In this document: piece by piece, positions 1 through 9,196 of the stretch
Layout: the number at the start of each line of letters is the position of its first letter
Position numbering within the stretch: position 1 is the stretch's first letter
Made by a program: the position numbers and the translations under genes
The notes under the pieces: model-generated
What the model was told of the DNA's origin: nothing
Database searches by the model: none
Seen by the model: only the letters and a program-made list of their open reading frames with translations
NCBI GenBank assembly: GCA_018816485.1
Contig: JAHIVL010000073.1
Span: 1 to 41,628 of the forward strand
Length of the DNA: 41,628 bases
Direction of reading: 5' to 3'
Source of the DNA: Patescibacteria group bacterium
GTDB taxonomy: Bacteria > Patescibacteriota > Microgenomatia > UBA1400 > PJMF01

Positions 1-138
1 GAAATGGTAGAGTCTGTCAAAAAGATTGATCAGATTGATAGGAAAACATGTCATGATTGGGCAGTTAGTAACTTCTCATCTTCAAGAATGGTAGATGAAT
101 ATGAAGAGTTGTATAAGAAAATATTGGGAAGTAATTAA
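1..138 (+). CDS. 3' end (last 45 codons) of a glycosyltransferase-like gene cut by the window edge
   Basis: Frame 1 is open from base 1 to TAA at 136-138 (EMVESVKKIDQIDRKTCHDWAVSNFSSSRMVDEYEELYKKILGSN*). The '..FS...M...Y..LY' ending resembles GT1/GT4 C-termini, and the context is glycan genes. Confidence 0.35.
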   Translation, partial: EMVESVKKIDQIDRKTCHDWAVSNFSSSRMVDEYEELYKKILGSN

Positions 139-399
139 ATAGTTATGTCTGAAATATTGTATCTATTAGCCCGATTTATTTCCCACATCAACTTATTATA
201 ACTAGATCTATTCATAACAAACCATTGTCCCACACTTCCGACTGTGCGAGCCAAAGATCGGATATTAAAATTTGATGGTTTTCCGATGGAGTTTAAATTA
301 ATTATCACTATAATATTTCTTCAAACTGAGATTTATTTGGTTTATTAGAAAAGTAATATTGTCTGATTTTTTACATGAAGCAGGTTCAATAACGCATTT

Positions 400-1377
400 T
401 TAGGTAACTATTTTATAAATATATTTTAGATATCTATAAAAATATTTAGGTACAAATAATTTGGCAATGAGCTTTACTTGTCTAAATTCAAAATAATAAT
501 ACATTGCTTTTAAATTACTCCAAAAAGTTTTAATTTTATTTTCTTTAAAAGAGATACTTTCTTGATAATAGATACCTGAAAGACGTTTGCTGACTGCTTG
601 ATGAAATGATTTATCTGGATGATTTTCAGTGAGTGCTTTTAACTTCTGGAGTATACATTTAAATTCATTTTCACGATCGGCAAGCCGATCTCCTCTAGTT
701 ATAGAATTTTGGCCGTCTACCCTCATCTTTTTAAGTCGTTCCAAAGTAATTACTGATTTTGTAGTTAAGGCAGCTCTAAGTGTCCAATCTACGTCCCACA
801 ATAATTTAAAATCAACATCAAACATTCCTATTTTTTCTAATGCCTCTCGCCTTACAGCGGGATTTTGAAAGGGTAAAGGAGTAGTAATTACTAAATACTT
901 AAAAAGAGTTTTAGACGTTAAGTACACCTTCATGCAAATCTTTTTAGCTGACCTAGATTTTTTTAAAATAGCTTTTACTTGTTCATCATTACTTTTTTTT
1001 GCTTCCTTACTATATTTACCAAAAAAATCATATAACATGAAGATAATATTAACATTATGATTCTTAGTAAAAATGGAAACAATTTTCTCTATTGATTCAG
1101 GAGCTAATTTATCATCGTCATCTAGAAAAACTATTATTTCTCCTTTTGAATTAATAATTCCTGTATTTTTTGCACTTGCTGCTCCTTTAAATTGATTGTC
1201 ATAAATTGCTAACTTATTAACCTTATTGAGTATTTTTGAAGGGTGAATATCTGATCCATCATCAACAACTATTAATTCAGTGTATTGATAAGTTTGATTT
1301 AATGCACTTTTAACAGATTCGACTAATAACTTTGGTCTATTTTTAGTGGGTATAATAATTGATACTAATTTTTTCAT
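400..1377 (-). CDS. Glycosyltransferase family 2 (GT-A fold)
   Basis: N-terminal 'IIIPTKNRPKLLVESVKSALNQTYQYTELIVVDDGSD' and the DxD-type block 'FLDDDDKL' are classic GT2 signatures. Confidence 0.85.
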   Translation of the reverse strand: MKKLVSIIIPTKNRPKLLVESVKSALNQTYQYTELIVVDDGSDIHPSKILNKVNKLAIYDNQFKGAASAKNTGIINSKGEIIVFLDDDDKLAPESIEKIVSIFTKNHNVNIIFMLYDFFGKYSKEAKKSNDEQVKAILKKSRSAKKICMKVYLTSKTLFKYLVITTPLPFQNPAVRREALEKIGMFDVDFKLLWDVDWTLRAALTTKSVITLERLKKMRVDGQNSITRGDRLADRENEFKCILQKLKALTENHPDKSFHQAVSKRLSGIYYQESISFKENKIKTFWSNLKAMYYYFEFRQVKLIAKLFVPKYFYRYLKYIYKIVT

Positions 1378-1405
1378 TTTAAAGTTATTTCTGATTAAAT
1401 AATTT

Positions 1406-2545
1406 TTATATTATGTCTAATAAGTTGTATTTATTAGCAAGTATAGATTCTATTTGAGTTCCATTTTTTTCTTCCATACTCATTATAAATGAAGCGTGTT
1501 GTAAAAAGAATAAACATAGAGAGGCTCTAAGTATTTCTCTGTTTATTTTTGGTTTTTTAAGTGAGTATTTTTGATAAAGGCTAATAACTATTTGTTGCCA
1601 ATCTTTATTTGTAAGGTGCGGGGATTTATTTTGTTCAAAAATTGTATTTATTCTATTAAATAATTCACCTGTTAGATTTTTTTTTAATAGATTTTTATAA
1701 GTTATGTATTCTAATGATGCTGATTCCATTAGGTACAATGTAGTTTCATTTCTTGTCTTATCATTAATTTTAGAAATTGGAACAATTTGTTTCTCATTAC
1801 TACCATAAGAATTCTTATTGTTAACTAGTAGCTTTTGGTTTGATTTAATTAGATCAAATAGGGTATCTAACACTTCTATATACATATTGTCTAGTTTAGG
1901 TAAGCTAGGACTATGTATTTTTTCTCCTAAAAACACTTGATCTATTTTTAATTTTTCGTTTAAAGCATTGAAAGTAATAAAAATATCTATTCCATATTTT
2001 AATGTGTTACCAGACATTTTTTTCTTAAGAAGCATATCTATGCATTTTTTTGATAAAGCAAAATCTCCACCTATTGGTTGTTTGATATCTTTATTAAAAA
2101 TACCAGATATTATTGGACGACAAACATGATTTGTAATAGCACCATCATGCTCTTGTCTTGAGTATAGCGGTACTACTAAATCTGATCCCTTAAGTATAGA
2201 GCTAATATAGGAGTCAACCCATGAAGAAGATAAATTTTTTACATCTCCATCAAATAATAGCAGCGCTTTTAAGTTGAAATTTCTTAGGTATTGTAAAATA
2301 TTTTTTATGTTTCTACCTTTACCTTTGCGGGTTGTTTTTAAGTAGATTTTTTTTGATTTTGTTTCAGTACTTAAAAAAGCTTGTTTTGTTCCATCTGGAG
2401 AGTTATTATCTGCATTAATAATTAAGGTATTATATTTTTTTGCATATTTTACTAAAGCATCATCAATTTTTTTAACAATTGAGCTAATATTATTAGCTTC
2501 ACAGTAAGTTGGAATCCCAATAACTAAGTATGCTTTATTTTCCAT
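1406..2545 (-). CDS. GT-A fold glycosyltransferase (GT2-like)
   Basis: 'VIGIPTYCEANNISSIVKKIDDAL', 'LIINADNNSPDGTKQAF' and a DxD-like 'LLLFDGDVKN'. Co-directional with the GT2 at 400-1377, 28 nt apart. Confidence 0.6.
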   Translation of the reverse strand: MENKAYLVIGIPTYCEANNISSIVKKIDDALVKYAKKYNTLIINADNNSPDGTKQAFLSTETKSKKIYLKTTRKGKGRNIKNILQYLRNFNLKALLLFDGDVKNLSSSWVDSYISSILKGSDLVVPLYSRQEHDGAITNHVCRPIISGIFNKDIKQPIGGDFALSKKCIDMLLKKKMSGNTLKYGIDIFITFNALNEKLKIDQVFLGEKIHSPSLPKLDNMYIEVLDTLFDLIKSNQKLLVNNKNSYGSNEKQIVPISKINDKTRNETTLYLMESASLEYITYKNLLKKNLTGELFNRINTIFEQNKSPHLTNKDWQQIVISLYQKYSLKKPKINREILRASLCLFFLQHASFIMSMEEKNGTQIESILANKYNLLDII

Positions 2546-2590
2546 AAGGTGTGCTATATTATATCAATGAAAATTCAGGAGTAAATTACT

Positions 2591-3274
2591 ATGCTTGGCA
2601 TTAAAACAAAACTAAAAAAGCTATTCAGAAATAAAAATCAATCTTTGGTAAATAAAGACAAGATTATTGATTTAATGATTACTTTTAAAGCAGATGAGTT
2701 TGGTCATGAATGTAATACTGAAAAAGCAGACTTAGGATATGGTTGGATTCACTATGGTTTATTAAGACAACAAAAACCAAAAAGAGTGCTTTGTGTTGGT
2801 TCTAGACATGGTTATATTCCTGCAGTTTTTGCTCAAGCTTGTAAAGACAATGGTTTTGGAACCGTAGACTTTGTAGATGCTGGATTTGATCTGGATGATA
2901 AAGGGGGATGGACAGGAGTTGGCTATTGGAGAACTAAAAAAGGTAGGAATTGTTTTAACAACTTTAATTTAGGAAATTATATTACTTTATTTTTAACTAC
3001 AACTAAAAAATTTTCACAAAGATACCCAAACCAAGTATATGATTATATCTATATAGATGGAGATCACTCACTTAAAGGAGTGACTTCAGACTTTAAATTA
3101 TTTTGGCCAAAACTTAATAGGAATGGATATTTGGTTTTTCATGACATTTGTGTAAAAGAAGATAAGCCAGAGGGTGTTTATGGAGTTTGGAAACTTTGGA
3201 AAAAGCTTGAAAAAGAATTTAAGGGAATAAAGATTAACTATTTGGGCTCTGGATTGGGTATAATACAGAAATGA
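2591..3274 (+). CDS. Class I SAM-dependent methyltransferase (Methyltransf_24 / CmcI-TylF-like)
   Basis: Motif-I-like 'VLCVGSRHGYIP' and 'YIYIDGDHSLKGVTSDFKLFWPKLNRNGYLVFHDI', typical of sugar and macrolide O-methyltransferase relatives. AGGAG lies 9 nt upstream of the ATG. Confidence 0.7.
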   Translation: MLGIKTKLKKLFRNKNQSLVNKDKIIDLMITFKADEFGHECNTEKADLGYGWIHYGLLRQQKPKRVLCVGSRHGYIPAVFAQACKDNGFGTVDFVDAGFDLDDKGGWTGVGYWRTKKGRNCFNNFNLGNYITLFLTTTKKFSQRYPNQVYDYIYIDGDHSLKGVTSDFKLFWPKLNRNGYLVFHDICVKEDKPEGVYGVWKLWKKLEKEFKGIKINYLGSGLGIIQK

Positions 3275-4509
3275 TTTTGTTTCTAAAAAAATGTATAAGA
3301 TTTTTTTACTTTTTTCCTCAAAGGATGAGGTGTGGTTTTCTAGATGGTTTCAATACATTTATTTTGGATTTTAATAGTAAGTTCTCTTTTTTAAAACTAC
3401 TTGCTCTTTATACTTTGATTCTTTTTGAAAAGTCTGGCTTTAATATCGGACATCTATGGAGCAAATCGAGTTGGAAAAGTGTTTTTGCTTCTTTTGTTGG
3501 GAATAGATTCAATATCAACCACTTAGGAAATGTTTATTCTATAAAAAATAGCAGCTTAAGTATTACTCAAAAAATTGAGAAACAAGTTATTCAGTGGAAT
3601 AAAAAAGTTATTCATTGTGGTAATAGAAATATTGAGGGATATGTAACTAGCGGAGGGACAGAGTCAAACTTATTTTTAATGTGGATGGGTAGGGAGTATT
3701 TAAAAGAAAAGAATAACTCTAGGCCAATTTTACTTGCCACAGACTTCACTCATTACTCTATTAATAAATCTGCCAGGATATTAGATATTGATTCTTTTAT
3801 TGTGAAAGTAGACAAAAAAAATTGGGGCATGAGTCTGCTAGATTTAGAAAAAGTTGTTCTTAAATTTATTAAGAATAAAAAATGTTCATTTTTATTACCA
3901 ATTACTATTGGCTATAGTTCTACTGGCGCAAGTGATCCTCTTAAAAAAATTGTAGAATTGATTAAGAAACTAAAGAAGAAGCATTCAAACCTTAAGTGTT
4001 TTATATGGGTTGATGCAGCTGCGCAAGGCCTACCGAAATCTTTTTTGGAAAGCAATTTTAGGCCAATGGAAAGTGATTTGATTAAAGGATATGTGGTCGA
4101 TTTTCATAAACATGGAGATACACCACTTCCATCAGGAATAGTATTGTATAAAAATAACCTAAGGAAACTAATAGAAGTTCCTATTCCATACTTGTTTGAA
4201 AATGACTCAACAATTTTGGGTTCAAGACCTGGAAGTTCTGCTTTATCAATTTGGGCTAATATAGTTGGAAATAATAGGAGCAGATGGAAAAAAAAGTTTT
4301 CTAATTTAGAAATAAAGAAAACTAGCTTAATAAAAAGATTAAGAAAAATAAATCCAGATGCAAATATTTTATGTTTTAAAAATTCTTTAACATTTGCTAT
4401 AGAATTAAACTCAGATTTTAAAGAGTTTCCAAAAGAATTTGGAAGCGAGTATCAATTTGTAAAGTGTGAAATAAATGGCTTTATTCACTATAAGTTTCAT
4501 GTTCAATGA
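3271..4509 (+). CDS. PLP-dependent group II decarboxylase-like enzyme
   Basis: 'GYVTSGGTESNLFLMWMGRE' (GGTESN block), 'WVDAAAQG' (PLP-ring Asp block) and 'VDFHKHGDTPLPSGIVLY' (HK with the Schiff-base Lys) match the Pyridoxal_deC pattern. ATGA overlap with the upstream methyltransferase. Confidence 0.6.
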   Translation: MILFLKKCIRFFYFFPQRMRCGFLDGFNTFILDFNSKFSFLKLLALYTLILFEKSGFNIGHLWSKSSWKSVFASFVGNRFNINHLGNVYSIKNSSLSITQKIEKQVIQWNKKVIHCGNRNIEGYVTSGGTESNLFLMWMGREYLKEKNNSRPILLATDFTHYSINKSARILDIDSFIVKVDKKNWGMSLLDLEKVVLKFIKNKKCSFLLPITIGYSSTGASDPLKKIVELIKKLKKKHSNLKCFIWVDAAAQGLPKSFLESNFRPMESDLIKGYVVDFHKHGDTPLPSGIVLYKNNLRKLIEVPIPYLFENDSTILGSRPGSSALSIWANIVGNNRSRWKKKFSNLEIKKTSLIKRLRKINPDANILCFKNSLTFAIELNSDFKEFPKEFGSEYQFVKCEINGFIHYKFHVQ

Positions 4510-5624
4510 AAAACCAATCTAATCAAATACTAATAATAGGCTCTGGAATTTCAGGCTCAACACTGGCTGAAAGATATGCTTCTATTGGAAAAAAAGTTTT
4601 AGTCTTAGAAAAACGAAATCATGTTGGTGGAAATTGTTATGACCTTATTAATAAGGATGGCTTACTAGTTTCTAAATATGGAGCTCATATATTTCATACA
4701 AATAATAAAGATGTTTGGGAATATTTACAAAAGTTTTCTAGTTGGAAACCATATAGTCATAAAGTTAAAGCTTTTATAGGTGGAAAGTTAGTTCCTGTGC
4801 CAGTAAATATTGAAACAGTAAACATATTATATAAGCTAGATATAAAAAATAAACCAGAAATGCAAGACTGGCTTTATAAGAACCAAGTTAAAATAACTAA
4901 TCCTAAAAATAGTGAGGAAGTTGCCTTAAGTAGAGTCGGAAAAGATCTTTATGAAAAGATGTTTAAAAATTACACAATAAAACAATGGGGGAAACATCCA
5001 AAAGAGTTAGACTCTTCGATTATTTCTAGAATTCCAGTGAGAATAGATTTTGAAGACAGGTATTCTTCAGATAATTATCAAGCTCAACCAGTCGGTGGAT
5101 ATACAAAAATATTTAAAAATATGTTATCTAGTAAGAATATTGAGATTAGGCTAAATACTGATTTTTTTGAGTTTAAAAAAGAAAATAATTCTGACGATTT
5201 TGAAAAAGTTTTTTACACAGGTGCAGCAGATCATTTTTTTGATTTCTGTTTTAGTAAAAAAGGATTGGGATATAGGTCTCTCAAGTTTGAGTTTGAAACA
5301 CATAATAAAGAATTTTTTCAAGATCATGCAGTTGTTAACTTTCCAAATGATCATGAATATACGAGGATAGTTGAATACAAGCACATTACTGGGCAAAAAC
5401 ACTCCAAAACGACTATTTCCAAAGAGTATCCTAATAGTGGTAACGAACCTTATTATCCTATGTTAACTGAGGATAATATGCTGTTATATTCAAAGTACAA
5501 AAAGCTTATTATAAAGTTAAGCAATGTTCATTTTATTGGAAGGTTAGCAGAGTTTAAATACATTAATATGGATGAGGCATTTGGGAATGCTTTGGAGTTG
5601 TTTTATTCTTTAGAAAAAGATTAG
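4506..5624 (+). CDS. glf: UDP-galactopyranose mutase
   Basis: FAD-binding 'ILIIGSGISGSTLAERYA..VLVLEKRNHVGGNCYD', plus 'GAHIFHTN', 'YTIKQWG', 'EPYYPM' and 'FIGRLAEFKYINMDEA', colinear with Glf. ATGA overlap with the upstream gene. Confidence 0.9.
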   Translation: MKNQSNQILIIGSGISGSTLAERYASIGKKVLVLEKRNHVGGNCYDLINKDGLLVSKYGAHIFHTNNKDVWEYLQKFSSWKPYSHKVKAFIGGKLVPVPVNIETVNILYKLDIKNKPEMQDWLYKNQVKITNPKNSEEVALSRVGKDLYEKMFKNYTIKQWGKHPKELDSSIISRIPVRIDFEDRYSSDNYQAQPVGGYTKIFKNMLSSKNIEIRLNTDFFEFKKENNSDDFEKVFYTGAADHFFDFCFSKKGLGYRSLKFEFETHNKEFFQDHAVVNFPNDHEYTRIVEYKHITGQKHSKTTISKEYPNSGNEPYYPMLTEDNMLLYSKYKKLIIKLSNVHFIGRLAEFKYINMDEAFGNALELFYSLEKD

Positions 5625-6811
5625 TGTTTCTCAATTATATAGCCAATAGAATTAACTTTATTTTTCCACGAATTATCTATTGCTAATTGTTGTTGTTTTT
5701 TTTGATATTCTTTTGGCCATGGTTTTTTTAAGAGTAATTTAATATGTTTTTCCCATTCATTTGCAGTGTCACCAATCTTTATTAGGTTTTTAAACTTTGT
5801 TTGTTTAAGTTCTTCAATAGGAGTACTGACCACTGGTTTTTTCATATAAAAATATTCAAAAAGTTTCATTGGATAACAATATCGATTAAAATCATATGAA
5901 ATGTCATATGGAATCGTGCAAACATCTAGTTGTTGAATTATTGATCCAATTTCATCTTTGGGTTGCGAATCGAACCACATGCAATTTTTATACTTAGTAA
6001 GTTCCTCAAAATTTTTTAAGAAATTATGATTTTTATTTATAGAAATGTTTGGTTCGTGATGCTTTAAACCTATAAAAACAAAATTCCATTGCTGATTTTG
6101 TCTAATCAAATTTTTTAAAAGATCGAAGTCTAATCTTTGACTAATTTGACCAATGAAGCCAATTAAATGCTTGTAAGTCTTAAGTTTGATATTACTTTTT
6201 TGCTTAATATTTTGAAAATTTTTATAATTGAATCCTTGTGGAACTACAGCGATTGGCTTATTTGTTAAAATCTTAAATTGATTTTTTAAAGAATGTGAAT
6301 TTACTGAGATGATATTAGATTTTTTGAGTAGAAGTTGTTTTTGTTTAGTAAGTTTCTTTTGTTTTTGTGAGTTTGGTGAGGTATGGAAGTCGACAATATC
6401 AGTAATAACTTTCCAGAAAGGTAGCCTTACTTCAATAAACTGGACTAATTGGGGGAAAAACATCCATATTAAATGGTTTTCAGCATTAAGATATTTCAAG
6501 TTTAATATAAGTTGAATTGTAATCGAATAAATAATTGAGTTAATGTTTTTAATTAATTTAATTCTTTTGCCAGGAATAAGGTAAATAGGATGTAAATAAT
6601 AAATATTATTAATATTTTTTGAAAAATTTATTACTTGTTTAGAAATAATTTTTTTAAGAATTTCTTTAATAGACAAAGATTCTGTGTGATATATTATATA
6701 GACTTTGTTATTGTTTTTTTTAGCTAGTACATTGGCGGTTTGTTCTAGATAATCACAAACTTGATTTTGATGAGAAATATTGGGAATTAATATAACTGAG
6801 TTTTTAATCAT
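5621..6811 (-). CDS. GT-B fold glycosyltransferase (GT1/GT4-like, TuaH-like)
   Basis: C-terminal 'YCYPMKLFEYFYMKKPVVSTPIEEL' resembles the E-x7-E region of retaining GT-B enzymes. Its stop overlaps the glf stop convergently (TTAG at 5621-5624). Confidence 0.6.
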   Translation of the reverse strand: MIKNSVILIPNISHQNQVCDYLEQTANVLAKKNNNKVYIIYHTESLSIKEILKKIISKQVINFSKNINNIYYLHPIYLIPGKRIKLIKNINSIIYSITIQLILNLKYLNAENHLIWMFFPQLVQFIEVRLPFWKVITDIVDFHTSPNSQKQKKLTKQKQLLLKKSNIISVNSHSLKNQFKILTNKPIAVVPQGFNYKNFQNIKQKSNIKLKTYKHLIGFIGQISQRLDFDLLKNLIRQNQQWNFVFIGLKHHEPNISINKNHNFLKNFEELTKYKNCMWFDSQPKDEIGSIIQQLDVCTIPYDISYDFNRYCYPMKLFEYFYMKKPVVSTPIEELKQTKFKNLIKIGDTANEWEKHIKLLLKKPWPKEYQKKQQQLAIDNSWKNKVNSIGYIIEKH

Positions 6812-6822
6812 ATATTCTGATT

Positions 6823-8334
6823 ATGAAAAATAATAAGTTTATAGTAATATTTTCTAAACTAAACAAAGATCTAGATTCTTCGGCTATTATAGCAGTTAAC
6901 GTATACTTTTTAGTTTCTCTAGTTATTTCTTCTACAAAACTGTCTTTTCTATTTAGTTTTATTTTTTTTGTTTTTCTAGCTTATTGTTATTCATTTTATA
7001 AAGCTATGGTTTATAGTATGCTTCCATTGTTATATTTTGGCTTAGGTCAAATTCATTCGTTTGTCGCTGTGCCGGCTTCGGCAGTATATAGCCTACAATA
7101 CTGGGAAGGTAGGCAACTAGTTTTTTCTTTCTCTCCATTTTTTATTATTTTTTTATCTGGCTTAGTATTATTATTTATTTTGTGGAAGAAAATTAATATT
7201 AGGTTCTTATTACATGAAAAATTATTATTAATTTTGTTTGGCGCGTTTGGACTTTCATTTGTTGACTCTGTGATACCTCTTTTAAGTTTTGGTTTTACTT
7301 TTGGAGAACTAATGCTGATTGTGTGGGGAGTTTATTTAATTTTGGCAACAAAAAAAGTTTCCAAATTAAAATTCAAAAAAGTAATATTTACTTTAATAAT
7401 AATATTCACTGGAATTTTATTACAAAATTCGCTTGTTGTATTTGGACAAATCGTTAAAGGTGGTTCTTTAGGATTAGCAATAGAAAGAACAGAAGTTGCG
7501 CCCGTTTTTGGTCTAGGAGCCGACGAAAGAGCCGACGTTTTTAGGCCTTTTGGTTTTAATGTTCATCCAAATGGACTAGCTAATGAAGTTATTCTAGTTG
7601 GAATGAGTATTTTAATTTTAATTCAGTATTTATCAGAAAAATTTACTATAAGAAAAAAGGTAATAAACAAATTGTCGGCAGGTGTTATTTTGGTATCATT
7701 ATTGATAGTGATTTTTACTCTTAGCAGAGCAGCATTTGTAGCAATTTTTGCATCGTTATTATTTTTTGCATATAGGCACCCCAGGCTACTTAAAAAAATT
7801 AAAAATTTACAACAACAACTATTAATCAAATCTAACCCATGGTTTAAAGTTATTGTATTGATAATATTGGGAATTTTGGTTTTTAAGTTAACTAATAGGT
7901 TATTTGACAGTATTTATTCATTTACTGAATTGGGTGGAGTTACTACTAGAACCGAGCAGTATCGCGAGGCAATTGAAGTATTTAAAAGCTCTCCATTGTT
8001 TGGGGTAGGAGTTGGCATGTTCATGCCAGCTTCTTATCAATTGTTTCCAGATGGAATTATGAGATATTTTCCTGAACCAGTTCACAATGGCTATCTATTA
8101 TTTTTAGTCGAAAGAGGCTTGGCATCTACAATAACTTATTTAGTTTTTGCAATTTATTTTTATTTAGAAATTATCAGGCTAAAGCTTTCTAGAATCATGA
8201 ATACTATGATATACTCAGGCATTATTTCTAGTTTTGTAATGATGTTATTTCATCCGCAAAACAATTTTTTAAGTTTTCTAGTAGTCTTAATTTTATTTAT
8301 TGTTCATTATGAAAAAACAACTTCTAAAATATAA
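6823..8334 (+). CDS. O-antigen ligase/polymerase-like (Wzy_C domain) polytopic membrane protein
   Basis: Ten or more hydrophobic segments. 'FTLSRAAFVAIFASLLFFAY', 'PLFGVGVGMF' and 'PVHNGYLLFLVERGLAS' match the Wzy_C core. Confidence 0.75.
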   Translation: MKNNKFIVIFSKLNKDLDSSAIIAVNVYFLVSLVISSTKLSFLFSFIFFVFLAYCYSFYKAMVYSMLPLLYFGLGQIHSFVAVPASAVYSLQYWEGRQLVFSFSPFFIIFLSGLVLLFILWKKINIRFLLHEKLLLILFGAFGLSFVDSVIPLLSFGFTFGELMLIVWGVYLILATKKVSKLKFKKVIFTLIIIFTGILLQNSLVVFGQIVKGGSLGLAIERTEVAPVFGLGADERADVFRPFGFNVHPNGLANEVILVGMSILILIQYLSEKFTIRKKVINKLSAGVILVSLLIVIFTLSRAAFVAIFASLLFFAYRHPRLLKKIKNLQQQLLIKSNPWFKVIVLIILGILVFKLTNRLFDSIYSFTELGGVTTRTEQYREAIEVFKSSPLFGVGVGMFMPASYQLFPDGIMRYFPEPVHNGYLLFLVERGLASTITYLVFAIYFYLEIIRLKLSRIMNTMIYSGIISSFVMMLFHPQNNFLSFLVVLILFIVHYEKTTSKI

Positions 8335-9196
8335 AAAAATTTTTAGAAAAAAGTCTAGAGTTATAGATGTCTTTGGTGTGTTATTAATTCTGTTTATAAT
8401 TTCTTTATCGTACTTGCTTCTTAATAGAAAAGTTGAGTATTTAAATATAACCTTACGCTTGTTTAATTACGAGGGAGCAGAGTATGGAATTGGAGGCAAC
8501 AAGCCTCGTCCTTGGTATGTTGAACAAATTACTCCTGGTAAAAAACAAGTAAGTGGTTTTGGTCAGACTTTGATTGAAGTCATGGATGTATATAATTATG
8601 ATGGTCCATCGGCCTTGCAAGATACTTACGTAACACTAAAAGTTAGAGCAGCTCAAAATAGAACTAGTAAACAATATATCTATAACGGCAGTCCATTGCT
8701 AATTCATGATGTAAGGTCATTTAAAGTTCAGGATATATTAATTGTTGGAGAAATAGTTGATGTTGAAGACAGTAGTAATGCAACTATAAAGAAAAAAGAT
8801 AAATTTTTAGTTTCTTTAGACTTATATAGCCAAGAAGGTATTGTTATGAGCAATAGTGCTGTAGTTATAGATGGAATTGAGAATTACGTTTTTAAATCTT
8901 TAGAAAAAGGAATGAAAATTAATGACAGTCATGATGATGTAGTGGTAGAAATTATTGATATAGAGAAGTCTGCTGGAATTAGAAGTTGGGTGGGTTCGTA
9001 TGGATATACAGAAACCATTGATCCAAATAGAACTAAAGTAAAATTGAAATTGGAAATTTCAGGTGAGAAAATTAATAATTATTACTACTATCGTCGTGAA
9101 GCTCCTCTAATTGTTGGACAAGGTTTACATCTTATATTCAATAATACATCTGTAGTTGGAATTATTACAGAAGTGGAACCTTTATTAGAGGATTAA
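8300..9196 (+). CDS. N-terminally anchored protein with two DUF4330-like beta-rich modules
   Basis: 'RVIDVFGVLLILFIISLSYLLL' anchor followed by two similar modules that each end in '..VGEIVDVE' or '..VGIITEVE'. The resemblance to DUF4330 is from memory. The start could be 8300 or 8309. Overlaps the upstream Wzy_C gene. Confidence 0.35.
   Translation: MFIMKKQLLKYKKIFRKKSRVIDVFGVLLILFIISLSYLLLNRKVEYLNITLRLFNYEGAEYGIGGNKPRPWYVEQITPGKKQVSGFGQTLIEVMDVYNYDGPSALQDTYVTLKVRAAQNRTSKQYIYNGSPLLIHDVRSFKVQDILIVGEIVDVEDSSNATIKKKDKFLVSLDLYSQEGIVMSNSAVVIDGIENYVFKSLEKGMKINDSHDDVVVEIIDIEKSAGIRSWVGSYGYTETIDPNRTKVKLKLEISGEKINNYYYYRREAPLIVGQGLHLIFNNTSVVGIITEVEPLLED

Noticed and set aside
139-399. An unusually long (261-nt) convergent spacer. 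It has a stop-bounded minus-strand frame (..NIRSLARTVGSVGQWFVMNRSSYNKLMWEINRANRYNI..) that might be a gene remnant, plus a 6-bp ATCGGA/TCCGAT hairpin.
   Set aside because: There is no start codon giving a meaningful length, I recognise no family motif, and the hairpin is too weak and has a 19-nt loop. I cannot distinguish it from random open frame.
993-1000. A/T homopolymer runs of 8-9 nt inside or next to glycan genes, considered as slipped-strand phase-variation switches. Examples are 993-1000, 11085-11092, 12081-12088, 20238-20246 and 23218-23225.
   Set aside because: Runs of this length are expected from Lys (AAA) and Phe (TTT) codons in a genome this AT-rich. Without population or read-level length variation there is no evidence for phase variation.
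5941-5965. The palindrome-like GGTTGCGAATCGAACC, which resembles a tRNA T-arm.
   Set aside because: It lies inside the GT-B glycosyltransferase coding frame (5621-6811) and has no flanking acceptor or anticodon arms.
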